Positions 1 to 18,603 of a stretch of 64,000 nt of DNA are shown here, one piece after another (within the stretch, counting starts at the first letter, position 1; every line of letters starts with the position of its first letter). This stretch comes from the human T2T-CHM13v2.0 reference genome, Homo sapiens. The stretch lies in NCBI RefSeq assembly GCF_009914755.1, contig NC_060925.1; one strand, given 5' to 3'. The position numbers and the translations under genes are program-made. The notes under the pieces were generated by a model that was not told the DNA's origin, made no database searches, and was given only the letters and a program-made list of their open reading frames with translations.

Positions 1-224
1 CATTTGCACATCTAACAATGTGCACTAAAATTTGATACCCGCTGGCCTACTCTCTAGTCAGACTCAGCCACTCAGCAATCCACAGAGGAACCCGACACTC
101 TCGCCTCTGCCTTTGCTACCTGAGCTGGGAGCGATGTCTCTCTTCTGACCCCTATAGCATATTGCTCACACCTTTCCTAGTTTGCTTGTTGCATGCAGAT
201 TCACCATAGTTGTTTACATAAATC

Positions 225-400
225 TTTTTTTTTTTTCTTTTTTTGAGACAGGGTCTCACTGTCGCCCAGGCTGAAGTGCAGTGGCGTGATCACGGCTCAT
301 GGAAGCCTCAACCTCTCCAACCTCTCGGGCTCAAGCGATACTTCCACCTCCACCTCCTGCGTAGCTGGGACTACAGGCACGTAACACTATGCCCAGCTAA
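225..400 (-). mobile_element. 5'-truncated Alu (right monomer)
   Basis: Alu right arm plus tail; TSD TACATAAATC at 215-224 and 401-410. Confidence 0.9.
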
Positions 401-685
401 TACATAAATCATACCTCCTCTGCTAGTCTCCTGAATGTTGGGTCAGAGAGAAGACCTTAGGAGGCCCAGATGCTTCACACTGTAAACTGCAGTGGTATGA
501 GGAACACTAGTTTTATGAATGTGATGAAAAAGTGATCAGGATCTAAATGAAGATGGTCAGTTGCAGTGGGAATGGAAAGGAGGGATGAATGTTAAAGACC
601 CATGAAAAGAGCCAGTCAGAATCCTTGGAGGCTGATCACATCTGGAATGTGGGTGGAAGGAGGAGGAATCAATTTTAACACTGAG

Positions 686-1268
686 GCTGAGCACGGTGGC
701 TCATGCCTGTAATTCTAGCACTCTGGGAGGATGACATGGGCGGATTGCTTGAGCCCAGGGGGCTGAGACCAGCCTGGACAACATGGCAAAACCCCATCTC
801 TACAAAAGTTTAAAAAACTAGCCAATTAGCTGGGTGTCCCTGCTACTCAGGAGGCTGAGGTGGGAGGATCACTTGATGGAGCCCAGGAGGTCGAGGCTGC
901 AGTGAGCCGAGATTGCGCCACTGCACTACAGCCTGGGCAACATAGTGAGACTCTGTCTCAAAAAAAAAAAAAAATTGCCGGGCCTGGTGGCTCATGCCTA
1001 TAATCCCAGCAGTTTGGGAGGCCGAGGCGGGCGGATCACAAGGTCAGGGGTTTGAGACCAGTCTGACCAATATGGTGAAACCCTGTCTTTGCTAAAAATA
1101 CAAAAATTAGCCAGGTGTGGTGGCGGTGTAGTCCCAGCTACTCAGGAGACTGAGGCAGGAGAATCCTTGAACTTGGGAGGCAGAGGTTGCAGTGAGCCAA
1201 GATCACGCCACTGCACTCCAGCCTGGGTGACAGAGAGAGACACTGTCTCAAAAAAAGAAAAAAAAAAT
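686..1268 (+). mobile_element. Two tandem Alus (AluJ-like then AluS-like)
   Basis: Two Alu dimers with A tails. Confidence 0.9.
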
Positions 1269-1339
1269 TAACACTGGGTATCCAGAGAGATTGTTAGTAA
1301 TAAGAGGGGCAGAGTTGGGGTTGCTGCTTGTGGAGGAGA

Positions 1340-1790
1340 TCTCACTGTTTGGCTACTCAGCAACTGAACTCCTTCCCTATGTTTGGGGAAATCTGACATT
1401 CTATGGACTTCAGTGGGAGAATCTCATCACAACAGATGATTTAAAGGCCAGATATTGTCTTTGATTCTTGTCTGCTATGATGTGGGCTTGTGACATAAAT
1501 TCAAGTATTATCAGAGTTTACATCGGGAGCAAGTGACACAAACCAGCAGGAACTGTTCAGGCTCTGTCCTGGTGTATGCGTCATCCAGAGCTGCATTCCT
1601 GATGGTGGTTCCAGTGCTGGAATTATTCCCTCCACTGCCCACACTTCCTTGGTTCCTGGACATTTTCTGATGGTTCTCCCATCTTCCTGACAACTCTTGA
1701 GTTGCCTGATGTCCTTTCAGTAAATTCCTTTTCTATTGAAATAGCTAGAACTGGTTTCATTTTTTTGTAGCCAAAACCCTAACTAGTACA
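1340..1790 (+). mobile_element. Old MaLR LTR (MLT1-like)
   Basis: Typical MLT1 3' end (AAATTCCTTTT...GGTTTC...TAACTAGTACA); left boundary approximate. Confidence 0.5.
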
Positions 1791-1827
1791 AGGTGCACTT
1801 GAAATGAGTTCATTCCAGGAGCCTTGA

Positions 1828-2450
<623 letters not shown>

Positions 2451-2720
2451 CTCTGTTCTCTTTAGGTGAGCTCTGTTGTGGTTCTGTTTCCAATTGTCAG
2501 AGGATCACAAAATCCTGAGAGTTAGGGTCGACTCCCAGGTCACCTGCTCCAATTTACCACCCAGTACCAACATACCCTTTATGACATTCTGTGATGCTCC
2601 CCCCTAACCTCTATCTGAACCACTCCAGTGACAGCAACTCGCTTCTTTGCCAGCTGATCTACTTCACGGTCAGGAAGCTTTTGGTAACTTCTACCCATGT
2701 GCTTCCAGTTTTTTAAAACC

Positions 2721-3750
<1,030 letters not shown>

Positions 3751-3808
3751 CTCAATCAGAAGGCACTGAGGGAGAGAGAGGATGTATGGTCAGAAAGTGA
3801 TGTGATTA

Positions 3809-4385
<577 letters not shown>

Positions 4386-4594
4386 CAAGGAGCATGGTGA
4401 TGAGAAAAGGCTATTGGATCTATTAATAGCAATGTTGGCACCTGGAGACCTGAGAGTTGAGATCTGTGCAGTGCAGTGCTGGCCCCATAGCCGAGAAGCT
4501 GATGAGTACGTGGTGAGGAACAGAGGAGAATGGCTAGAACAATGAAGATGGAGAGAAGCAGCCCCTGGAGAAGTAGGGGCCGAAGGAGTACCTG

Positions 4595-5102
4595 TGTTAC
4601 CAGTTGAGGGTAACCAGTACTGGTTGAGGGTAACAGGTTGAGGTAACCTGACTGAATTGTCCAGGTTCTTGGCATTTTGAACAAAGAATTGGACAAAATG
4701 CACAAAGAAAGCAACGAGAGAAGAAGCAAAACAGAAGTACAGATTTATTGAAACAAAAGTACACTCCACAGAGTGGGAGTAGGCTCGAGCAAGCAGCAAG
4801 AGCCCTGGTTACAGAATTTTCTGGGGTTTAAATATGCTCTAGAGGTTTCCCATTGGTTACTTGGTTACACCCTATGTAAATGAAACCTGCCCCACGACCA
4901 GTCAGATTGGTTGTGGGAGGGGACCAATCAGAGGTACTTTCCATTTTTCATCTGTGAGGCAGTGGAAAGGGGGGGTTGCAAAGGGAGTAGCTTCTGATCC
5001 TTTCCTTACTTGGGCGTGGAGAGGTGGGGTTTTCGTTTTGATTCAGTTCTAGGAAGGCAGCGCAAATTGGCCTTAGGTTCTTGTCTCCTGCCTCCTGCCT
5101 CA
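4595..5102 (-). mobile_element. ERV1 solo LTR, MER51-like
   Basis: Minus strand begins TGAGGCAGGAG...AACCTAAGGCC...CTAGAACTGAATCAAAA and ends GGTAACA; contains CCAAT boxes and AATAAA. Confidence 0.8.
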
Positions 5103-5441
5103 GCTGGGCACGTTTGTACAGGAGGAGGAGAGCCTTAGCAGCCACTCAGATAAACACCTGAAGCAGAATATACTTGAGGTAGGGAGGAAAGATGAGGGAC
5201 ACATGCAATATTAATCAATATAAAACAAATATTAGCTTCTTGTCAGTTGTAACCTAAGCTGAGAGGTCTTGAGGATATCTAGAAAACTGGGGTCAAATGT
5301 CCTTTGCTGACACGGGGCCCCCTGCTGGGAAACCTGCTGGCCTCAGTGTTTCAAAAGGAAGTGAGGGAGCTCTATAAAGAAAATGAAGGACACAGTGATC
5401 TGAGGTGATTGTGCACATCTAGGCCCTGCGGCCTGCCTCTT

Positions 5442-5487
5442 GCACTGCTGGCACTGCTGGCACTGCTGGCACTGCTGGCACTGCTGG
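5442..5487. repeat. (GCACTGCTG)5 9-mer tandem repeat
   Basis: Five perfect copies read directly. Confidence 0.95.
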
Positions 5488-5523
5488 TGGTGTGTGGCTC
5501 CATCGGGCCTAATGCAATTGAGG

Positions 5524-5838
<315 letters not shown>

Positions 5839-6526
5839 TGAGTTTTCATGCTGTCTTAGGAACTAACAGAGAAGGTAATGTTATTTTTGTCAGCAGAGGC
5901 ACCACTGGCCAGAAACAAAAAGAATCTAGAATGTACACGTGTATGGAGGTGGTGGTGGTGAAGTGTTAAGATAATCAAATAATCAAAAACAATTTCCATT
6001 GACCCTTGGAATGAATCTTGACATTCTCACTTGCAAAGGGGTAAGTTATGATCTGAGAATTTACTTCACACCAAATCAGGAAGCTATGCAGGGAAGATTC
6101 AATGTGGAGGTTTCCTTATCCCAAGCCTGTCCTGTAATTCTCTCTACTGTCACCTGTCCAGGAATTTAGCAGCTGAAAAGGAGTTATCCAAGGCATAATT
6201 TGGAGAGAATAAGAGGTAGGTAGAGGTAGTATTAGTTTTCTGATTTTAATTTTGGTCTTTAAGATTAGGTATTATGCTAAATACATATTTTCTAAAATTT
6301 GCATTTCTCTTTCTATGGTTTCCTGTAGCTTGAGATGGTTCCAAAATGGACAGTGTGGCTCTATACTGAATGTAATCCAGAGTGACAGACCAGATGGTTA
6401 TAGACTAGATGGATGTGGATGAGGGAATCTGATCCACTTTAGATCTGGGCATCTCCAGGATCTGGTTATGCTGAAGCCTGTTTCTCTCCTATTGGGATAT
6501 CTGAGGGAAGAATTTAAAAATTCTTA

Positions 6527-7095
<569 letters not shown>

Positions 7096-7124
7096 ATTGT
7101 TAGATACTCACGGGGACTACATGG

Positions 7125-7524
7125 TGAAATGGGCCCATAGACTGTTCTTTTGGATAAACGTAGACATTGATCCTTCTGCTGTTAAAGCTTGAAACTTGTA
7201 TTTGTTTTATCTAAGTTCCTTTCTCAGGAAAGGACCTTCAGGCCCCTAAAAAATGGGATCAGAGAACTGAAACTTACCAGATGGGGGCACCAGATGCCCC
7301 CTTGCCCCTCCCTAGTTCTTATTTTGTTACACATTGTTACATTTCTTCCTTGCTATGTAAACCCCTAGCTTTAGTCGATCAGGGAGATGGATTTGAGACT
7401 GAGCTCCCATCTTCTCTGCAGCACCTGATTAAAGCCTTCTTCCTTGAAAATACTTATCTCAGAGATTGGCTTTCTGTGCGGTGAGCAGCAGGACCTAGAC
7501 CAAACGCCTGGTGTTTCGGGAACA
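7125..7524 (+). mobile_element. ERV1 LTR, LOR1/MER4-group-like
   Basis: ATTAAAGCCTTCTTCC...GAGCAGCAGGACCTAGACC...GTGTTTCGGGAACA LTR 3' end. Confidence 0.6.
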
Positions 7525-8315
7525 ATGGGATGACTTTCTTCTTAGAATTCAGAGATAAATACATTTTCCTTCTTTTTTCTTCCTCCTTTGCTCTGGATTT
7601 TTATTACTTCTTTCTTCTGGGAGCCATTAAAGTCCTTTGGTTTTTGGCTTTTCTGCAGCATTGCTTTACTTAATCAACAGGGCATTCTAACACCCTAAGA
7701 ACAAGAGTGGGGTGGTTTGAAACTTAGTTGAGAAGAGGCTACAGTCACAGAAGAGCTGAAAGAGAGCAGATATACCCCAAAGCAGCGGGGGGAGGGCAGC
7801 CTGGGTAAGACTCCCATTCTCAGGTCCCACCTGGGGCAGGGCCCAGGAAGCTATAAACTCAGGAACTTATCTGTGCAAGCTGAGTTTGAATTCTTTTTCT
7901 TTTTTAATAGATGAGGGACCCGAGGCTTGGTGAGGGTTAGTGGTCTAAGATGACATGGTGAATTGGGGGCGGGGATGGGGCCAGAGTGCAGTGTTGTGAT
8001 TCTGACCATATGCCTTCCCCTTAAGTTCACTGGGCATTGGTGGATTACATGCTTATGCCCCTTTGCCATGGTTTTAAATGAATATATGTGCTTTTAGTAC
8101 TTTGTCCACATTTTAGGCAGAAAATAAAATCTTTTTAGAATCTTTATTTATTTTTATTGAGATGGGGTCTCATTCTGTCACCCAGGCTAGAGTACAGTGG
8201 CACAGTCATGGCTCACTGCAGCCTCGACCTCCTACTTTTTATCTACTTTACCTCCTACTGACTCCCATGCTTTCTCTGGAAGTCCTGAACCACCATGCAA
8301 ATAAACTTGTTTTTC

Positions 8316-8608
<293 letters not shown>

Positions 8609-9127
8609 ATAAACTTGTTTTTCTTAATATCTGTGCAAGTCTAGAGACATGAAACTCACAGATTGCCTCATCATGGAGCTGTCATACCAGAGATCTGCAT
8701 CTTGTTTATTTACTGATAGGACAGATACGTTTGAAATCACCAGCATCGCTCTGGGATAGGTGGAGGGAGGAGGCTGCGGCTGCTTCTCGGCACCTCACGG
8801 CCCACCTCCAAGGCCCTGGGACACACTCAGAGCAGTGACATTCTGATATGTGACAGCAAGGTGGGAGCCGGACTCAAAACAGGTCAGAACCTTCCCATTC
8901 ATCTGTCACCCAGTCAGGCCCCCCTGAATGGTGGCCAGATTGCTGAAAAGAGACTAAAACGAAAGGCACTTTGTACATCTGATGCAACAGGTGTTTTATA
9001 GCACAATATGCTTCTCCTCCCCAACAGACTTTTCGTGAGTATGTGGAGGGGGAGGGTGTCTTTATAGGTAAGGAAGTGTAACTTTAATGGGTAGGGAGCA
9101 ATTAACATTTATTTGGTGATTTATATT

Positions 9128-10240
<1,113 letters not shown>

Positions 10241-10784
10241 ATGCTGGGTGTCTTTAGAAGGCAAAGCACACTCAGGGGTAGAGGAAGACCCTGGGGGTAA
10301 GGAGTACATGTCATGCTGAAAAGAAGAAAATATTCTCTTGGTATACATGTCAGTATGGGATAAACTGACACCGCATGGATAGACGGACGTGCGGGAAGTA
10401 CAGATGCTGGCATGTCCTGCCTGGGGCCAGCTGAGTGTTCCCTGTCACGGCCTTGCTTACTCTTCCTCTGAGGTTACAGTTCCTAGTGAGCCATGGAGAA
10501 GAGGGTCTTTTACACTGAGCCCTCACTGTTTATGGCAACTGCCTCGAACAGTCATTGATTTCAAGCTTGCCTACAGGCAGAATGTATCCCAGAAAGCCAA
10601 GGATTTTGTTAATGTTTACAGGCCTTTGTAGATCCCCACAGGAAAGCTGAAATAGTAATCCTGAAAATGACAGTAGGGGTGACCCCTTACCCACTCTGGG
10701 GCTCAAACCTATGGCTCAGGAGGCTTTTGGTGGCTGCCACAGAATTAAGAATAAAATGGGAAAGGTCAAGTTTAAAAGTCAGAA

Positions 10785-10790
10785 TATATT
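10785..10790 (-). terminator. Probable non-canonical OSCP1 poly(A) signal AATATA
   Basis: About 210 nt after the stop, followed by a U-rich stretch; no AATAAA/ATTAAA seen nearby on the minus strand. Confidence 0.45.
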
Positions 10791-10998
10791 TCACTGAAAA
10801 TATGTGTATGTGTGTGCCTTCAAGAGTGAGTGCTCCTCAAGGGAGACTCACACAGTTCCTTACAACATAAATAAGAAATAGACGTAATGGCTTCACTCAG
10901 TAGAAAACTAGCAGCATCATTCTGGGCCATGGGGCATTCCCCAGGGGTCACCATCCAGCAGCCTCTCCCTGGGGGCAGAGGACGCCTGGTCAGAACAG

Positions 10999-11115
10999 CT
11001 ATAACTCATCCATCATGGCGAGCAAATCGTCCCCTTTGCTGGTGCTCAGCCTTGGCTGCTCCGTGATCTCAAACTCCCCCATGATTCGAGCCAGCTCCTC
11101 GCTCCGTTGCTGGTC
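10999..11115 (-). CDS. OSCP1: OSCP1 last exon coding part (DQQRSEELAR...AMMDEL*)
   Basis: tcatag| ... TAG; the ten exons sum to 1140 nt = 379 aa + stop. Confidence 0.96.
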   Translation of the reverse strand, partial: DQQRSEELARIMGEFEITEQPRLSTSKGDDLLAMMDEL

Positions 11116-11307
11116 CTATGAGGGAAATGAGAGGTAAAAGGGCATGAAGAGGCTGTGCTGGCAGGCCGCCTCTTTGTGCACTAGGCACTTAGTTTTTTGT
11201 CCCACGACTGATATGTTTCAGTTGCGCACCTGTTTGTCAGAAAAGGGATTGTAGTTACAGGCTGATCAGAGAGAAGAAGAGGGTCTATATATTTTTTTTC
11301 TTAATCA

Positions 11308-11438
11308 ACATGTATGTGACCAAGCATCCCTGGCTGCTACAGAATAGCAGATGGGTATAGTTAAGAAACAACTTTAATTTGAGCAGGGGGAATGACAATA
11401 CAGCACTTAACAGCTATATTGTAGTCTGAATCCTGCTT
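11308..11438 (-). ncRNA. SNORA63C: H/ACA snoRNA SNORA63 (E3) retrocopy, probably SNORA63C
   Basis: Minus strand reads AAGCAGGATTCAGACTACAATATAGCTG...CATACATGT; H box AAATTA (11375-11380); ACA 3 nt from the 3' end; A-rich tail; 14-bp TSD. Confidence 0.9.
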
Positions 11439-11494
11439 GAAAAAGAGGGTCTCTGAAGTTCAACGTTATATAAGATGAGGAAAGGAGGAAGGGA

Positions 11495-11800
11495 GGCTGG
11501 GTACGGTGGCTCACCTTTGTAATCCCAGCACTTTGGGAGGCCGAGGCGGGTGGATCACTTGAGGTCAGGAGTTTAAGACCAGCCTGGCCAACTTGGTGAA
11601 ATCCCACCTCTACTAAAAATACAAAAAAAAAAAAAAATTAGCTGGGCATATTGGCGGGCACCTGTAATCCCAACTACTCGGCAGGCTGAGGCATGAGAAT
11701 TGCTTAAACCTGGGAGGTGGAAGTTGCGGTGAGCTGAGATCAAGCCACTGCACTTCACCTGGGTGACAGAGCGAGACCCTGTCTCAAAAAAAAAAAAAAA
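11495..11800 (+). mobile_element. AluS in OSCP1 intron 9
   Basis: Full Alu; TSD AAGATGAGGAA. Confidence 0.9.
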
Positions 11801-11848
11801 GATGAGGAAGCGAATACGATTGGACCCTGTGTTATCCCCTGTACGTAC

Positions 11849-11912
11849 CTGGGTGGCTTGTATGTTGATAACTTCATAGGATAACTCTTCTGGCCTGGTT
11901 AGCGCTGCTTGT
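11849..11912 (-). CDS. OSCP1: OSCP1 exon 9 (QAALTRPEEL...IQATQ)
   Basis: atccag| ... CAG|gtacgt; 64 nt. Confidence 0.95.
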
Positions 11913-12039
11913 CTGGATGAGATGGTAAAGAAAATGGGTGCAACATTAGGGTTCTTTCCCTGCCAGCATGGCAAACTGGCTCTTGATCAGTTGGCAACCT
12001 ATTTTTTCTGCCTCATCTGCCATTTCTCTTAAACTTTCT

Positions 12040-12500
12040 ACCCCATCTCCCACCAATGTACCCTACGACCTAGAAAGTCAAGTTCTTTTATCTCTCTGTG
12101 ACTTTGCACATTATAAGCCCTGCCAAGAATGTTTCTTCCCTTCCTCTGCTTGGCAAACTCCAAGACCTAGATCAAATGCCAGCTCCTTCAATCTGCCAGT
12201 GCAAAGTCAGTCACTGTCCTCAATTAGCGCATTCATGACACAGCACTGAAATAACTTATATCTGCACACGTTCACTCTCCCACTAAGCTGAGAGCTTCCT
12301 GAGGACAGGCTCTAGGTCTTACATCTTTGCATTCCCAGGACTTTACATAGTACCTGTCACACAGAATTAAACAAAAGAAGTTATTAATAGTTCAATGAAA
12401 GGTGACACTCACGCCAAATACTTGGTTTTGAGGAGGATCACATGAGATAATGCATGCAAAAGTGCTCTGTAAACTGTAAAGCACTATAAATCACCGTGGG
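12040..12500 (+). mobile_element. L2 3' fragment and MIR
   Basis: AAGCTGAGAGCTTCCTGAGGACAGG...CATAGTACCTG (L2); GAGATAATGCATGCAAAAGTGCT (MIR). Confidence 0.55.
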
Positions 12501-12684
12501 TGATTTACTATTGCTGTTGGTTTTGGGTTATACTGTCTAATACAGGGAAATCAAGCTCCAACCTCACTCTGGTTTCTTAACACACTGTCTTAATCTGGTC
12601 ATCCTGGCTTCTAACACTGCTTATTCAGCTGTTCTCTGATAAGTAAAACATTATAACTCTTTTTTTGTTTTGTTTATTATCATT

Positions 12685-13133
<449 letters not shown>

Positions 13134-13333
13134 CCATCTCTTTTTTTGAATGACTCTGGAAGATTCAGGCCATTTCATCCTGGTGGGCTATTTAGATTAT
13201 TAAATTTGTTGGTATTTTATTTGTGATATTTACACAAATATTTATAAGTGCCACTGGTTTGTAATAGTCATTTTGTGTTCTTGTCATGCTTGGGATTTTT
13301 ATATGTCTTTAACGAAACAGGTTTAAAACATAC

Positions 13334-13473
13334 TCCTCTTCTTCATCGGTGGTAAAGAGATTCAACCGGAATCCGGGCTCAGGGCCACTGGGTTTCTTAA
13401 TCTCCATCCCTCCCATCAGCCTGGCCAAGAAATTCAGCTCTTCTTTAGCAAGAGGGTTTGGAGCAATGCTTTC
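13334..13473 (-). CDS. OSCP1: OSCP1 exon 8 (ESIAPNPLAK...TDEEEE)
   Basis: ctgcag| ... GA|gtatgt; 140 nt. Confidence 0.95.
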
Positions 13474-15007
13474 CTGCAGAAACAGTTGCATGATTTTTAG
13501 CCACATGAAGGCAATCACATTTCCTGCTAAAACCTCAGAGACACAGGTAGGTATTATAAAATAAGGTAGAACAATTGCTATTTAAATTATTTCTGGGTCC
13601 AAATAAAGTGTAGAAAGCAGGCTTAACCAAAAGAAAAACAATCACGTCAGTAGCAGAGGGAATGTAGCAACTTTGCAAACCAGAGATTTTCATACTTTCC
13701 GCAAGAGTGGAAGCCCCAGGGATCCACGTTTCTCCTCTCACTACCTTCCTCCTTGAAGAAGTGTATGGCTTCCTTTCCTGTCAATCGGTTTCCCTCAGCA
13801 TTTACAAGTCGCCTCAGTCCAGTCTCCTTCCAGAGGCGCTGCCACACTGCCCTCAGGTGGTGACGGCCGGGAACACACCCTCGAGTCCATTCCCTCCTCT
13901 CACAGTCCTCATCCTGCCTCATCCTGTACCCCTCTTCCTTGTAGCCTGGCCTCCCCTGTTCTGCCTCTCCCCTCACTCCACCACCAGTTACCTAAATGCA
14001 GTTTTTGTCTCATTTCTCCCTGGCTTGAAACAAACCCCTCTGCCTCCTGTCGAAAGAACAAAGCCCAAATTGTTTACCACCCTTCCTGGTCAGGCCCCAG
14101 GGTCCTGTCCAGGCGAGTCTCTGCCAGCAAGCCTCCATGATACTGTGATCCGTTACGTAAGCCTCGTGGGAGACACCGCCATCCTCCTCCCGGGAACACT
14201 CTTGCCCCTCTGTCACCTTGGTCCGTGTGCCCATTTCTCCCTCTCTGCTGTTTCATAGTTTACCTACTCTAGAGCCCCACTTCAATATCCCCGCCTCTGA
14301 AATGCCTTCTTGATCCCTGTGATCCCTGTCCACTGGACAGACATGAATTCCTCTGGCACAGCACTTTGTGCAGGATCCCCAGCCAGCCCTTCCTCCACCT
14401 CATTTGAGTTGTTTCTTTCACCGTCTTTCCCAGGGTACCACAGGCCCCTTCAAGATGGGACCACATCTACGTCAGCTTCGTGTCCCTGGGTCCCCAGCCC
14501 ATAGAAGCAGTTTAATAAATGTTTGCTGAATAATTTAATATTCTGTGATCTCTCCTACAGCTAGCTGGGAGCTAGTTCAGCGAAAACTTCTAAGGATGGA
14601 ATTCAGAGAAACTAAAACCCCCCACTCTGACTTAGCTACCACGGTGCTATAGAGGGAAACATTAAAAAGAAATGTTTTAATGATCAGAATACACACGAGT
14701 GCTGATGTCAGCAATCACAGACCTAATGGCACTGGTACTACGCTACTGCATATGTCCTGGTGTGTGGTTCCTCTTAATTATGGTGGCTGAGCCAAGCCTA
14801 AAATTACCTAATTAGTGAGATCACTGGAAGTCTCCATGAAAAGCTACAATTAAAACCTGTGTACTCGTAAGGTGGAATGGAGAAGATTGCACACAACAGG
14901 GGAAATGTTGGCTAGATCCGAAATCTAAAGCGTTCTCACCTCTCTTTATGTAGACTTCTGTATCTAGAGAGAAGCTGTGAGGGTAGGCAAGGAAGGCAGA
15001 AGCTCAC

Positions 15008-15077
15008 CTGGGTCCATGAGGCTAAGTTCTTTGATGATCCAGACACATGAGTTTCCACAGGCTGATTCACGCTGTAC
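15008..15077 (-). CDS. OSCP1: OSCP1 exon 7 (YSVNQPVETH...ASWTQ)
   Basis: caccag| ... CAG|gtgag; 70 nt. Confidence 0.94.
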
Positions 15078-15626
15078 CTGGTGTGTCAACAGAAAATGGT
15101 GACATTATCCAGCCCCTTTCCACGGATTTCTCTCTAACTCGTAAGCATAGTTTGTAGCTTTTATTCTGAGACATTAAATAGCATCCAGAAAGGTGCTGTG
15201 GGTACAGAATGCAACTGAGTGCGTGTTAACCATTCACATTTCACTTCTTCCTAAAGAAAAACACCTGGGGAGGCTGGGTGGCAATGCCTCCTCTTGTGAA
15301 GAGTAACACGCATCACTGAAAAGATATGCAGCTTTACAGAACGGATAAGTCTTTCTGGATTTCCACTGCAACACAGATTTTGGCTAGTTCTCTTGCATGG
15401 CTATTGAACATCATGTATCTTTTCATTCTGTTGAGTTGCCTTATGTTTGGCGTTCCTGGGTGCCCTTTGAAATGTCAGGCCTCTGTATGCAGTGTACCTA
15501 AGGGGAAATTACTCCTATTGTCGGCAGGGATTTTCATAGCAGAAGTCTGGCTGTTTCTCTTTTTTTTTTTTTTAAATGAAGTGACCTCCCTTGGACTTGA
15601 ATTCACTCAGAGAAGAATTTGCTTAC

Positions 15627-15755
15627 ATGTTAGTTCCCAGTTTCAGGACTCGGTCTCCATAAAGTTCAAAAGAACCTTCTTTGGGTGCAGGGACATAGTT
15701 TCCACCATGCTTGAATTCTGTCCTCTTCACTTCTTCACCTTTGTTGTTGAACATT
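15627..15755 (-). CDS. OSCP1: OSCP1 exon 6 (MFNNKGEEVK...LGTNM)
   Basis: ttgtag| ... AT|gtaagc; 129 nt. Confidence 0.95.
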
Positions 15756-16218
15756 CTACAATACAAAGTATGACATGGTGGAATGTTCTCCAAGCTTAGG
15801 TAGTCCTGGAGGCTTCTTTATTCTTTGTACTACAGAACAAAAAAGGAATACATGCTCTCCTTCAAGATAAAGGTGCTGGTTGTAATAATAATAATAATAC
15901 AATAATAATATTTATTGAGCATATGTATGTGCCAATTGCTTTGTAAGCACGTTAGAGCACTATTATCTTATTCATCCACACAGTAACCATTTAACAGATG
16001 AGGAAATTAGTCCTGGGGAACTGGGTAACTTGCCTCAAGTCCCTCTACTAAGTGACAAGGTGGGGATTAGAACCTGACTTTTTCAATAGCTGTTTTACTG
16101 AAGAAAGAGAAGGGCTGGGCAGACTGTGAGTGGCTTGGCAGTGTGGCATTCCGTGTGCGGCCCATGTGCTGATTTCCTAGCACCCCAAACATAGCTCTGA
16201 TCATTGTTGGGAATTCAC

Positions 16219-16322
16219 CTGATGAGTCCTGGAACTTCAGTTCCCCAAGGAACAGGCCCAGACACCGGCAACACAAAGCGACCGTTATTATTCTGAACTT
16301 TGTCCTTTAGAAACATGGATAC
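16219..16322 (-). CDS. OSCP1: OSCP1 exon 5 (VSMFLKDKVQ...VPGLIR)
   Basis: ttccag| ... AG|gtgaat; 104 nt. Confidence 0.95.
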
Positions 16323-16448
16323 CTGGAAAAAAATACATTTATTGTCATTTTTCTTGGTATATTTTCATAGACATCAATATTCTGAGGGTGGAAAGTGCGT
16401 AATGGTTTGGGAACATGACCTATGAGTTTATAACAATAAGAAGGGAGA

Positions 16449-17097
<649 letters not shown>

Positions 17098-17747
17098 ACA
17101 AACAGAACTACTTTTGAGCAGCGCAGCAAACCTTCCAGGTGAGTCCTATTACCCCCATTTTAAAGATGAGAAAGCTAAAGTAGAGAGTGAAGTGACTTGC
17201 CCAAAGAGAGCTAAGAGGCAGGGCCAGGATTCAAAACCAAAGGTGACTCCAAATTCCACCCGTATTCCTTGGTTCGCTGCCTACTTTCCATGCAGCTGCA
17301 GGCCTTGAGCTGTAAGAACCTCATATGGCCACTTTCTACATGAGGCAGCTCAGAGGTTAAGATGCCTCCTCAAGGTCAGCCAGCTGGTAAGGGGCAGAGC
17401 TGAGGATTCAAACTCCTGTGATTCTGACTTTGGAGCCCGAGCCTTATCCACATGCTGGACTAGAAAGAAGGATGGGGCTGGGGCAGGGGGATCCAGCTGA
17501 CATTTAAGTTTGAGGATCTTTTAGGTGACTGAAAACACATTACACTTATTCCTTCTCCTGGGTTCGTGTACTCTGTATAGAGGTTTCGGTCACTCACAGA
17601 TTAAATCTCATAAAGATAGTAGCAGTTAATCAGTTTTACTGGGTCTTGGCTTCCTTATCTGTAAAATAAGAGATGAGCTTGAAGATCTCTTCAACTCTAA
17701 TATTCTATAAGGTTATATTAGTAATATAATCAAGAATAAGTATCTTA

Positions 17748-18603
<856 letters not shown>

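Noticed and set aside
13707-14258. 183-aa + strand ORF in OSCP1 intron 7
   Set aside because: Non-ATG start, CT-rich low-complexity/L2-like sequence, no recognisable domain.
15326-15600. Possible extra exon or ORF in OSCP1 intron 6
   Set aside because: No convincing acceptor/donor pair; the CDS already closes at 379 aa without it.
16067-16276. Read-through extension of OSCP1 exon 5
   Set aside because: Wrong frame: the coding frame hits AGG TGA immediately at the donor.
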